Positions 29,070 through 37,838 of a DNA stretch of 64,000 bases are shown here, in pieces. The stretch's first letter is position 1. Each line of letters starts with the position of its first letter. The stretch covers positions 224,001 to 288,000 of the forward strand of contig CAWJJC010000022.1 of the NCBI GenBank assembly GCA_963843145.1, in the 5' to 3' direction. The notes beneath the pieces were generated by a model. The model was not told the origin of the DNA. It saw only the letters and a list, made by a program, of their open reading frames with translations, and made no database searches. The translations under genes and the position numbers were made by a program. This DNA comes from an uncultured delta proteobacterium (GTDB lineage: Bacteria; Desulfobacterota; RBG-13-43-22).

Positions 29070-29257
29070 GAGGGTATTTCACATCGGTCGGTTGACTTTA
29101 AGGGCGTACCTTAACAGGCCAAATCAACGGCGGGCCGGCAGCGAGAATCAAAAAAAACCCCGGTATTGTTAGGTTCGCAAGCCAGGTCAATTAAATAATT
29201 GATTAATCAGTATTTTGCAGTTGTAAACCCTAATATTCCATTATATAAAATGAAATT

Positions 29258-30634
29258 ATGAAAAACAAGAATATTCCTCGACCGGAAAAATTACGCCTGG
29301 CCGTTATTGATGATGAGCCGATTGTCTGCCAAAGGCTTAAGCAGATTTTCAGAAAAATGCCTTTCGAGGTGGAGACCTTTACGGCGGCTGAACCAGCCCT
29401 GCAACGGATGGCGGTCAGGCCCTTTCACCTGGTCCTTTCGGACATTCGGCTGCCGGATCGGAATGGATTGGAGGTCCTGACGGAGATCAAGAAAAAATTT
29501 CCCGAAACCCAGGTCATTCTAATCACCGGCTACGCTACCCTGGATCAGGCGGTGGAGGCCGTAAAACAGGGGGCCTTTTATTACTTGGCTAAACCGTTTA
29601 CTCCCGATCAGGTTTTAACCATTGTGGAACAGGCGTTGGAACACCTCACCCGGTCGCATGAAAATCAACGGCTCCGTCAAGAACTCTCCAAAAGACCTCC
29701 GCTTAAGGGGATCGTGGGAATCAGTCCCCAGGTGAAAGAGCTGCTGCAGGCCATCGACAAGGTATCCAAGATTGATTGCAATGTGTTAATCCAGGGGGAA
29801 AGTGGAACCGGAAAAGAATTGGTGGCCCTTTCGATCCACCATCACAGCCAACGGCGGGAATATCCGTTTATCGATTTGAACTGCGGGGGGTTTTCGGAAG
29901 ACTTGATTGCCAATGAGCTGTTCGGGCACGAGAAAGGGGCCTTCACCGGGGCCGATTCCACCAAAATCGGCCTGATGGAGGCCGCCCAGGGCGGGACCCT
30001 CTTTCTGGATGAAATTGAGGAGATGCCCATCACCATGCAGGTAAAACTTCTCCGGGTGATCCAAGAAAGAAAAATATTTCGTTTGGGCGGGATCAAACCT
30101 ATCCCTTTGGATATCAGGATTATCAGCGCCACCAACCGGGAATTGGAAAAGGAGGTCAAAGAAGGTCGCTTTCGGGAAGATCTTTTTTATCGTCTGAAAG
30201 TGGTCTCCATTAAAGTGCCCCCCATGCGGGAACGCAAAGAAGATATCCCGGTTCTGCTGAATTATTTTATTGAACAATTTAATCAAGCCTATAAAAAAAA
30301 GGTCAGGGGTTTTTCCAGGGAAGCCCTGGAAATTCTCATGCGCTATTCCTTTCCCGGAAACGTGCGGGAATTGGAGAATATCGTAGCCAGTGCCTTAGCG
30401 CTGTCGGAGGGAGACCTCATCGGCCCGCTTGATCTTCCGGAAGACCTGAAGCAATTCGAAGTCGAGAGCCTGGGGGGAGAGCAGTGGCTTTCCTGGGAGG
30501 AACAGGAGAAGGCCCACATCCGGAGAATTCTGGAGAGCACTTCGTATAACAAACTGAAGGCGGCCGGTATATTAAAGATGTCCCGGACTACCTTATGGCG
30601 TAAGCTGATCAAGTACGGATTGATCGACCCATGA
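29258..30634 (+). CDS. sigma54-dependent response regulator (NtrC family)
   Basis: Receiver [25 protein letters not shown], Fis-type HTH SRTTLWRK. Confidence 0.96.
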   Translation: MKNKNIPRPEKLRLAVIDDEPIVCQRLKQIFRKMPFEVETFTAAEPALQRMAVRPFHLVLSDIRLPDRNGLEVLTEIKKKFPETQVILITGYATLDQAVEAVKQGAFYYLAKPFTPDQVLTIVEQALEHLTRSHENQRLRQELSKRPPLKGIVGISPQVKELLQAIDKVSKIDCNVLIQGESGTGKELVALSIHHHSQRREYPFIDLNCGGFSEDLIANELFGHEKGAFTGADSTKIGLMEAAQGGTLFLDEIEEMPITMQVKLLRVIQERKIFRLGGIKPIPLDIRIISATNRELEKEVKEGRFREDLFYRLKVVSIKVPPMRERKEDIPVLLNYFIEQFNQAYKKKVRGFSREALEILMRYSFPGNVRELENIVASALALSEGDLIGPLDLPEDLKQFEVESLGGEQWLSWEEQEKAHIRRILESTSYNKLKAAGILKMSRTTLWRKLIKYGLIDP

Positions 30635-30651
30635 CGGGTTAGCCATTAGAT

Positions 30652-30776
30652 TTTCCAAAATGAAACATCGCCTGTCCGGCGAAATCATCACCTAACCTTT
30701 TAAATTTCTTTCCTTTTTAAATTTCCTCCGCCGGTTCTTCCAAAAAAGTCCGAAATCGAGTGTTTCAATATGAACC
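30652..30776. promoter_or_regulatory. Two putative enhancer (UAS) sites
   Basis: TTTCCAAAATGAAACA (30652) and TGTTTCAATATGAACC (30761), upstream of the sigma54 promoter at 30840. Confidence 0.55.
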
Positions 30777-30839
30777 AATGGTTAGGGCCGGAAGGACTAT
30801 CTCTAATTTATCTGGTTGAATAGACAACTAATTTTACTG

Positions 30840-30855
30840 TGGTCCCGGATTTGCT
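30840..30855 (+). promoter_or_regulatory. sigma54 (-24/-12) promoter
   Basis: TGGTCCCGGATTTGCT with GG-N10-GC spacing. Confidence 0.8.
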
Positions 30856-30877
30856 TATCAAGGAACCGAGGCGAAAC

Positions 30878-31384
30878 ATGCACAAGCTTCTAATCCCCAT
30901 AGAAAATTTTTCAGGCCTGTCGTTATCGGCCACCTATTTCGCGATCGAGTTTGCTAAGCGGAATCCGGCTAAGCTCTTTTTTTTGATTTTTTCTAACTTT
31001 CCCCAGGAAGAGTCCGGTTCCGCGGCCGTCGAAAAAAAACGAAGTCTCCAACGAAAACAGTTTGAAGACCTGCTTCAACGAGCCAGGGCGGAAAAAATCA
31101 ACCTGGAAATTTTTTATTCGAAAGAACCTTTTTATGAGGGTACCAGCCAATTTTCTAAGGATCACGGCCTGACGGAAATAGTCATGGCCCTTCCTTCCGA
31201 AAGAGACCCGGCCTATCCTCGCTTAATGGAGCAGGTCGGCCAAATGCGAAATGATCTGGAGAGCCAACTCATCATCGTTAAACCAAAGGAGGAAAAGATT
31301 GTGACTTTAGAAGAAGTGAAGGCCGGAGGGGATTCGCCTCCAGCCCTGAAACCAAAGCCGCATCCAGGCAAGAAAGGATCGTGA
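30878..31384 (+). CDS. Universal-stress-protein-like protein
   Basis: MHKLLIPI..ATYFAIEFAKR..KLFFL; alpha/beta USP-like pattern; GAGG RBS. Confidence 0.55.
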   Translation: MHKLLIPIENFSGLSLSATYFAIEFAKRNPAKLFFLIFSNFPQEESGSAAVEKKRSLQRKQFEDLLQRARAEKINLEIFYSKEPFYEGTSQFSKDHGLTEIVMALPSERDPAYPRLMEQVGQMRNDLESQLIIVKPKEEKIVTLEEVKAGGDSPPALKPKPHPGKKGS

Positions 31385-31386
31385 TT

Positions 31387-32895
31387 ATGGCCCTGATCAT
31401 TATTTCGAGCACCTCAGCAGCCCTCCGCCGGGAAGTTTCCGAAAGTCTGGCCCGCAAACTGGGTTACGCCTGCTTGAGTCGTGAAAAATTGGTCGAAGAA
31501 GCCACGGCGGCGGGCATACCGGTGGGTAAACTGGAAATGTCGATTATCAAAAGACCGGCCCAGACCGAGCGGCAGGCCCGTTTAAAGGAACGCTACCTGG
31601 CCTTCATCTCCTCCGGGCTTTGTGAGCAGGCCGGGGACGGAAACCTGGTTTATCATGGCCGGGGAGGGCATCTTCTGCTGCCCAATGTCCCTCATATCTT
31701 TCGGATCCATCTGGTTCCCAACCAGGAGCAGGAGATCCACGCCAAGATGCAGCAACTGCGCCTGGACCACCCCAAGGCGGAAAAATACATCGAACAGGTC
31801 AACGAGGATATTGAGAAATGGGTCCATTTGATTCACGGTCAAGACATCCATGACCCCAAGCAATATGATCTTATTTTGAATTTGGAGAACATGAGTCTGG
31901 CCAACGCCAGCGCCGCTCTTTGCTCCATGGCGGAACTGCCTGATTTTCGCCCGACCCCGGCCTCCCTGAAGGCCATGGGTGATTATTGTCTGGCCGCAAG
32001 GGCCCGGCTGAAACTGGCCCTGGACGAGCGGACCGCCGAATCCGATTTTACCGTTTCAGCCAATGACGGGGTGGTCACGGTCACCTATATGCCTCGGCAA
32101 TCCCAGGGTTCTCCATTCATCACCGAAGTCCTGGCCGATCTCCCGGGGGTCAAAGAAGTCCTGGCCACTATGGCCGACAGCAATGTGCTCTGGATCCAGG
32201 AGCGCTTCGATCCCCGTTCCGAAAATTATTCTCAGATCAATCAGGTGGCTCAACGTTGGGGCGCGGCCATAGAACTGCTCAGGTTTATACCCTCCGAGGA
32301 GATCGGGATGGAGCCCGCAGAAGAGGCGCCGGCCGGCCACGCAACGGGATTTCAGAAAAAAGAATACACCGGGGGCATCGAAGACGACCTGCCCGAGTCG
32401 CCCTCCGTCGATGACGGAGGGCTGGGGTTAACCCAAGAGGAACTGGTCCGCCAGGGACGGTCCGGGGGCAGCCGCAGCATCCAGGGGAATTTTCAGACCA
32501 TAGCTTCGGCGGTCAGCCGGAATGTCAATTACAGTCTGGTGGTGATCGGCGATTTGTTCCTGTCCAAATCCAAGTCCGTCCAGACCCGCATGCTCCGGGA
32601 CGTAAAGGTGTTCCTGGGGGATCGGGTCAGGGTGCCGGTGATTTCCGTCGACGAACTGCAGGAAAAATATCTCTTCGGCGGCCGGCAACTGATCAAATTC
32701 CTGATCTTCATCGCCCTGGTGGCCGGGTGCTACCTGACCATTTTTACCAACCAGGTCCCGATCCTGGAATTTCTCCAAAAATACAAAGGAACGAAGGTCC
32801 TCTCGGCGGTGGTCGTGGCCCTTTTCGTGCCGATCTTTGCCTACCTGTATGGCACGGTCGCCCACCTGTTCCTGAAAATGATCAAGTTCGATTAA
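31387..32895 (+). CDS. Cytidylate-kinase-like + BON-like protein with C-terminal TM helices
   Basis: LARKLGY..LSRE, YHGRGGH, DPKQYDLILN, VSANDGVVTV..LPGVKEV, two C-terminal TM segments. Confidence 0.8.
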   Translation: MALIIISSTSAALRREVSESLARKLGYACLSREKLVEEATAAGIPVGKLEMSIIKRPAQTERQARLKERYLAFISSGLCEQAGDGNLVYHGRGGHLLLPNVPHIFRIHLVPNQEQEIHAKMQQLRLDHPKAEKYIEQVNEDIEKWVHLIHGQDIHDPKQYDLILNLENMSLANASAALCSMAELPDFRPTPASLKAMGDYCLAARARLKLALDERTAESDFTVSANDGVVTVTYMPRQSQGSPFITEVLADLPGVKEVLATMADSNVLWIQERFDPRSENYSQINQVAQRWGAAIELLRFIPSEEIGMEPAEEAPAGHATGFQKKEYTGGIEDDLPESPSVDDGGLGLTQEELVRQGRSGGSRSIQGNFQTIASAVSRNVNYSLVVIGDLFLSKSKSVQTRMLRDVKVFLGDRVRVPVISVDELQEKYLFGGRQLIKFLIFIALVAGCYLTIFTNQVPILEFLQKYKGTKVLSAVVVALFVPIFAYLYGTVAHLFLKMIKFD

Positions 32896-32925
32896 ACTAT
32901 CGCATGCGGATAAAGGAGTCTATCT

Positions 32926-34014
32926 ATGACTGGAGAATTAGCCAATTTATTTATCTCCTTGGACCTGGCCACGGCCCTGCAGGTGATCGTCCTGGGTTTT
33001 ATCGGCGGGGTCTTGAGCGGTTTTATCGGGAGCGGGGGGGCCTTCTTCATGACCCCGGGGATGATGAACCTGGGGGTCAACGGCGTCATCGCCGTGGCCA
33101 GCAACATTACCCACAAATTCGGCAAAGCCATGATGGGCTCCAAGAAACACGGGGAGATGGGCAATGTGGACAAGCGGCTGGCCCTCTTTCTGGTCTTGAC
33201 CTCCTTTGCCGGCATTCGGATCGCGGTCTGGATCAACAGTCTGCTTTTTCACGGGGGAGGGGACGGACACGGGGCCGCCAAAGGGGCCGGGGCCAATCTC
33301 TACATCAGCCTGGTTTTTGTCGGCATCCTGACGATGGTGGCTGTCTCCATGCTCCGGGATGTCCTGAAGAAAGGCGAGGATGGAGAAGGGCCCTCGAAAA
33401 AAATCGCTGAATTCCTTTCCGGCCTGAAGATTCCGCCTTTTATTTATTTTAAGGTGGCGGATGTCAAGGTCTCCTTGTGGCTGATCCTGCCGGTGGGGCT
33501 GGCTACGGGTTATCTGGCGGGAACCATCGGTGTCGGTGGATTTATCGGGGTCCCGGCCATGATCTATGTCTTCGGTATTCCCACGGCGGTGGCTGCCGGG
33601 ACCGAATTATATCTGGCCATGCTCATGGGGGCCTTCGGTGCCCTGAACTATGCCTGGGAAGGTTTCGTGGATATCCGTCTGGTGGTTTTGCTGTATGCCG
33701 GCTCCCTGTTGGGTGTCTATATGGGGGTTTACGGGGTCAAGGTAGTCAACGAACGGTACATCCGTCTGGTCACCGGATTGATCATCCTCCTCTGTGTCCT
33801 GAGTCGAGGGATTTCCATCCCGGTGTACCTCCGAGAGCTGGGGCACCTCAGCTATAATCCCGCCTACGATGTCTGGTTGAACGGGGCCAGCAAGTATCTG
33901 CTCTTTGCCAGTGGGATCAGCGGCGTCTTGGTTATCCTGGTCAATGTGTTCAAGGCCTTCAGCGCCCGGAAAAAGATACACCTGACGCTGGCCTATAGTA
34001 AGAAAACTACCTGA
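32926..34014 (+). CDS. TauE/SafE (TSUP) family exporter
   Basis: GVLSGFIGSGGAF..P and GYLAGTIGVGGFIGVP repeats, GNVD, multiple TM helices. Confidence 0.9.
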   Translation: MTGELANLFISLDLATALQVIVLGFIGGVLSGFIGSGGAFFMTPGMMNLGVNGVIAVASNITHKFGKAMMGSKKHGEMGNVDKRLALFLVLTSFAGIRIAVWINSLLFHGGGDGHGAAKGAGANLYISLVFVGILTMVAVSMLRDVLKKGEDGEGPSKKIAEFLSGLKIPPFIYFKVADVKVSLWLILPVGLATGYLAGTIGVGGFIGVPAMIYVFGIPTAVAAGTELYLAMLMGAFGALNYAWEGFVDIRLVVLLYAGSLLGVYMGVYGVKVVNERYIRLVTGLIILLCVLSRGISIPVYLRELGHLSYNPAYDVWLNGASKYLLFASGISGVLVILVNVFKAFSARKKIHLTLAYSKKTT

Positions 34015-34063
34015 ACGGGTATTGGTGAACCCCAGCTCGAGGGAGCGGTAAGGAGGCAAACCG

Positions 34064-34471
34064 ATGGAGAATAAACTGCAAGTGCTTATACTGGACGATG
34101 AACCGATCGTCGGAAAACGGTTGGGACCGGCCCTGGCTAAAATGGGTGGGGAGGTGGAGGTTTTTGAAGACCCGCATCAGGCCCTGAAACGTATTGAGGA
34201 GAAAATCTTTGATATTGTGGTAACCGATATTCGGATGGAGGATATCGATGGCATCGAGATCCTGGAAAAGGTCAAGGCCAAATCCGACCGCACCAAGGTC
34301 ATTATGATCACCGGCTATGCCACCGTGGAGGTGGCCCGGGAGGCCATGGGCAAAGGGGCTTTTGATTTTATCGCCAAACCCTTTAAACCCAACGACCTGC
34401 GCGAAGTCATCGTCAAGGCTGCCAACGCCTTGGGATTTAAGGGGCTGACCCCCGTCATCCCCACTAAATAA
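34064..34471 (+). CDS. Stand-alone receiver protein
   Basis: LDDEPIVGKRL, VTDIRM, ITGYAT, AKPF. Confidence 0.93.
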   Translation: MENKLQVLILDDEPIVGKRLGPALAKMGGEVEVFEDPHQALKRIEEKIFDIVVTDIRMEDIDGIEILEKVKAKSDRTKVIMITGYATVEVAREAMGKGAFDFIAKPFKPNDLREVIVKAANALGFKGLTPVIPTK

Positions 34472-34510
34472 AAAAAGGGGCGGCGACATTTTTTAAGCGG
34501 GAACAGAACA

Positions 34511-36067
34511 ATGGTGCAGCGGGTCACTAAAGCCAATGATCCTTCAGACGATCTCCTGGAAAAAGAGGGGGCTCTTCTTGAAGGGACGTCCGTTTCCCCG
34601 ATGCCGGATGAACGCGGTTTCGCCGAAGCGCAGAAGGGCCTTACGGCCCGGCCCACCATGAGTATCCGGGCCAAGATCATTCTGGGATTTGTCCTGCTGT
34701 TTATCTTGAGTGCCGGGGCCAGCATCACCTTTCTGATCATGGGTTCCCGTATCAATCAGAAATTGAAGGTCATGGAAACCGTTAATTCCTATACCTTCGA
34801 GGTCCAACAGGCCCGCCGGTTTGAAAAGAATTTTTTTCTTTACCGGACCAATCTCCCGGACGCCCTGGAAAACATTCAGAATGCCCGTGAAGTCCTCAAG
34901 AAGGAAAAAGAAAATATTACCGAAGTGATCGGTCCGGAAAAATTAAATATGATGACGGCCCATCTGAACCGCTATGAAAGCCTGCTGACCAGCCTGAGGG
35001 CCGGCCAGGCCCCGTCGACCGAACCCCCGGCACCCTCGGCCAGTATCGAGGGAGAACTCCGGCAGCATGGGGCGGAAATGATTTTCCTGGCCGCCAATTT
35101 AGTCGAAAAAGAACGAAAAGACGTGGAGGCCATGACGCAATTATTTCGCCAGGTCCCGCTCTTTTTTTTGGCCATTCTGCTGATCGTCATGGCCTACCTG
35201 ACCCATTTTTTAGCCCAGCAGATCCTCCGTCCCCTAAACCGTTTTGTGGAATATACCTTGCGCATCGCCCGGGGTGATTTTACTCCCATCAAGCCGGCCA
35301 AAAAATACAAAGATGAATTCTCCCGACTGGCCATGGCCATCAACTGGATGATGGATCAATTAAAAAAAAACCAGGAGCAATATATTCAATCCCGTAAGAT
35401 GGCTTCCATCGGTACCCTGACCTCCGGTATTGCCCATGAACTGAATAATCCTCTCAATAATATCTGCATTACCACCGAATCCCTGATGGATGATCTGGAT
35501 ACCATTCCCGAGGCGGAAAAAAGAAAACGTCTTCAGGATATCTATACCCAGGCCGAGCGGGCCAGCGGGACGGTTCGCAATCTCCTGGACTTCACCCGGA
35601 TGGGGCAACCGACCTTCGTCCCGATTTCGGTTCGGGAACTCCTGAATTCCACCCTCAACCTGGCCCGGAACGAAATGGAGTTAAACGGCGTCCATCTGGA
35701 TTACGACCCTGAGTCGGCCGATGCCCGGTTGATGGGCGATTTCAGTCAATTGCAGCAAGTTTTCCTCAACCTGGTGATCAATGCCATCCAGGCCATGCCC
35801 CAGGGGGGCCGCCTGAGCATCGCGGTGAAAAACGAGGACCCCGACCTGGTCGGGATCACGGTAAAGGATACCGGCGTCGGTATCCCCCAGTCCATTATCA
35901 ATCAAATATTCGACCCTTTTTTTACCACCAAAGAAAAAGGGACCGGCCTGGGACTTTCGACCACCTACAGCATCGTCAAAAAACATGGGGGTAAGATCCA
36001 GATAGACAGCCAAATTAACCAGGGGTCCGCCTTCACCGTGCTTATTCCCAAATCCGAGGAGCGATAA
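34511..36067 (+). CDS. HAMP sensor histidine kinase
   Basis: RRFEKNFFLY, HAMP, AHELNNP, DTGVG, GTGLGL. Confidence 0.93.
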   Translation: MVQRVTKANDPSDDLLEKEGALLEGTSVSPMPDERGFAEAQKGLTARPTMSIRAKIILGFVLLFILSAGASITFLIMGSRINQKLKVMETVNSYTFEVQQARRFEKNFFLYRTNLPDALENIQNAREVLKKEKENITEVIGPEKLNMMTAHLNRYESLLTSLRAGQAPSTEPPAPSASIEGELRQHGAEMIFLAANLVEKERKDVEAMTQLFRQVPLFFLAILLIVMAYLTHFLAQQILRPLNRFVEYTLRIARGDFTPIKPAKKYKDEFSRLAMAINWMMDQLKKNQEQYIQSRKMASIGTLTSGIAHELNNPLNNICITTESLMDDLDTIPEAEKRKRLQDIYTQAERASGTVRNLLDFTRMGQPTFVPISVRELLNSTLNLARNEMELNGVHLDYDPESADARLMGDFSQLQQVFLNLVINAIQAMPQGGRLSIAVKNEDPDLVGITVKDTGVGIPQSIINQIFDPFFTTKEKGTGLGLSTTYSIVKKHGGKIQIDSQINQGSAFTVLIPKSEER

Positions 36068-36070
36068 GTC

Positions 36071-37009
36071 ATGTCTTTTTTTATCTATTTGCCGATTGCC
36101 GCCAGTAGTATCAATATCTTTCTCCTCTTGGGTCTGGGAGGCCTGGTGGGCTTTCTTTCCGGCCTTTTCGGGGTGGGAGGAGGCTTTCTGCTCACCCCGC
36201 TGCTGATTATGTTCGGCATCCCCCCCACCGTGGCCGCCGCCAGTGACTCCAACCAGATCGTGGCGGCCTCGGCTTCCGGGACCTATGCCCACTACCGTTT
36301 GGGAAATGTGGACTTCAAAATGGGGGTGGTTCTTTTGGTCGGGGGGGTGCTGGGCGGAAGTCTCGGGGTCTACCTGGTCCGCATGCTGCGGGCCATGGGA
36401 AATGCCGATTTCGTTATCAAGATCACCTACGTGGCCATGTTGGGGATCATCGGCGGGTATATGTTCGTCGAAAGCCTGCAAAGTCTCAAGAAGACGCCGG
36501 CCGCCGAAAAACCGTCGGAGGTTTCCCCCCGCAAACCTTCTCTATATGCCCGGTTGATTACCGCACTGCCTTTTAAGATGCATTTCACCAAATCCGGAAT
36601 CCAAATCTCCATGATCGTTCCCCTCTTGTTGGGAAGTCTGGTGGGGATCCTGGCGGCCATCATGGGTGTGGGAGGAGGCTTTGTCATGGTGCCGATCATG
36701 GTGTATCTGCTCCGGATGCCCATGCACGTCGTGGTGGGAACCAGTCTCTTTCAGATATTTTTTACCTGCATCAATGTGACCATCATGCAGGCCCATGTTA
36801 ACCATACCGTGGATTTCATCCTGGCCCTCATCCTGTTGATCGGCTCGTCCTGCGGGGCCCAGATCGGAGCCCGGATCAGCAAACGATTAAAGGGCGACCA
36901 GATCAAAATTCTTCTAGCCGTGATCATCATCGTGGTCATGGTCCAGATGCTCTTAGGCCTGATCCTTAGCCCCCATTTGCTATTAGCCTATAAAGGAGGC
37001 CACTCCTAA
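36071..37009 (+). CDS. TauE/SafE (TSUP) family exporter
   Basis: SGLFGVGGGFLLTP, GNVD, AAIMGVGGGFVMVP, VVGTSLFQI. Confidence 0.93.
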   Translation: MSFFIYLPIAASSINIFLLLGLGGLVGFLSGLFGVGGGFLLTPLLIMFGIPPTVAAASDSNQIVAASASGTYAHYRLGNVDFKMGVVLLVGGVLGGSLGVYLVRMLRAMGNADFVIKITYVAMLGIIGGYMFVESLQSLKKTPAAEKPSEVSPRKPSLYARLITALPFKMHFTKSGIQISMIVPLLLGSLVGILAAIMGVGGGFVMVPIMVYLLRMPMHVVVGTSLFQIFFTCINVTIMQAHVNHTVDFILALILLIGSSCGAQIGARISKRLKGDQIKILLAVIIIVVMVQMLLGLILSPHLLLAYKGGHS

Positions 37010-37803
37010 TGAAGCGGTCCAAACAAACAACCTTGATTGGGGCCATCGTCCTTTTTGTCCTTAGTGGGGCTTTCTTTATTTCCGAGGCTGTTGGCCGGAC
37101 TTCCCCGCCGGGGATCGATGTGGTGCAACCCAAAACGATACGGATCGGGACCTTTTTTTCCGGAGGTCAGGTGACAGTGCGGGGGGTGGTCCCGGCGGGG
37201 GATCAAGTGGCCTTACGAATCCTGGGACCCCGTCATCCGCTGGTCCTGATGAAAAAGGGTCGCGTCGGGGGGCTGTGGATGAATGTGGGCCAGGTTACTT
37301 TCCAAGATATACCAAAAATCTACCTGCTCTGGACCTCGACCCCGGTGTCTTCCCTGGGGACGGAAGCCGAACGCCGATCCTGGAAAATGGATTATCCTTC
37401 GCTGCTGGCCGGAGCCTTGCCCCGAAACAATCCGGAGGAAGAAGGTCGGTTGCTTCAGGAATTGGTCAAATTAAAAGAGGCGGACCAGCTCTACCATATC
37501 TTTGAGGGTGCGGTTAAGATGAAGTCCCTGGAGCCCGAGGATTGGGAGCAGGTCGACGCGCTGTTAAGCCTGCCGGCAAAGATCGAGCCCGGTTCGTACT
37601 CCCTGGAGATGATAGCTTTCAAGGGGGGGCAAGGCCGGCTGATTCATTCCAGCACCCTGGAAGTCAGACTGGCGGGGTTGCCGGCCCTGGTTTCCGATTT
37701 GGCCGCCCGCCAGGGGTTATGGTACGGTATCCTGGCCGTGCTGATCGCCACCGTAAGTGGACTGCTCATCGGGATCGTTTTCAGTTCCAAAGGGGGCCAT
37801 TAA
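37009..37803 (+). CDS. TIGR02186-type membrane-anchored protein
   Basis: Signal peptide, FFSG..VTVRG, KKGRVGGLWMN, C-terminal TM LWYGILAVLIA; translationally coupled to tauE. Confidence 0.8.
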   Translation: MKRSKQTTLIGAIVLFVLSGAFFISEAVGRTSPPGIDVVQPKTIRIGTFFSGGQVTVRGVVPAGDQVALRILGPRHPLVLMKKGRVGGLWMNVGQVTFQDIPKIYLLWTSTPVSSLGTEAERRSWKMDYPSLLAGALPRNNPEEEGRLLQELVKLKEADQLYHIFEGAVKMKSLEPEDWEQVDALLSLPAKIEPGSYSLEMIAFKGGQGRLIHSSTLEVRLAGLPALVSDLAARQGLWYGILAVLIATVSGLLIGIVFSSKGGH

Positions 37804-37838
37804 GAACCCGCAGCGCCTCCGAAACAGGTTCGAACGTC

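Noticed and set aside
37542-37838. N-terminal extension of the dikinase in the ORF track (likewise the starts at 45862, 11483, 61262 and 20868)
   Set aside because: They overlap neighbouring genes or a repeat element; downstream ATG starts fit better
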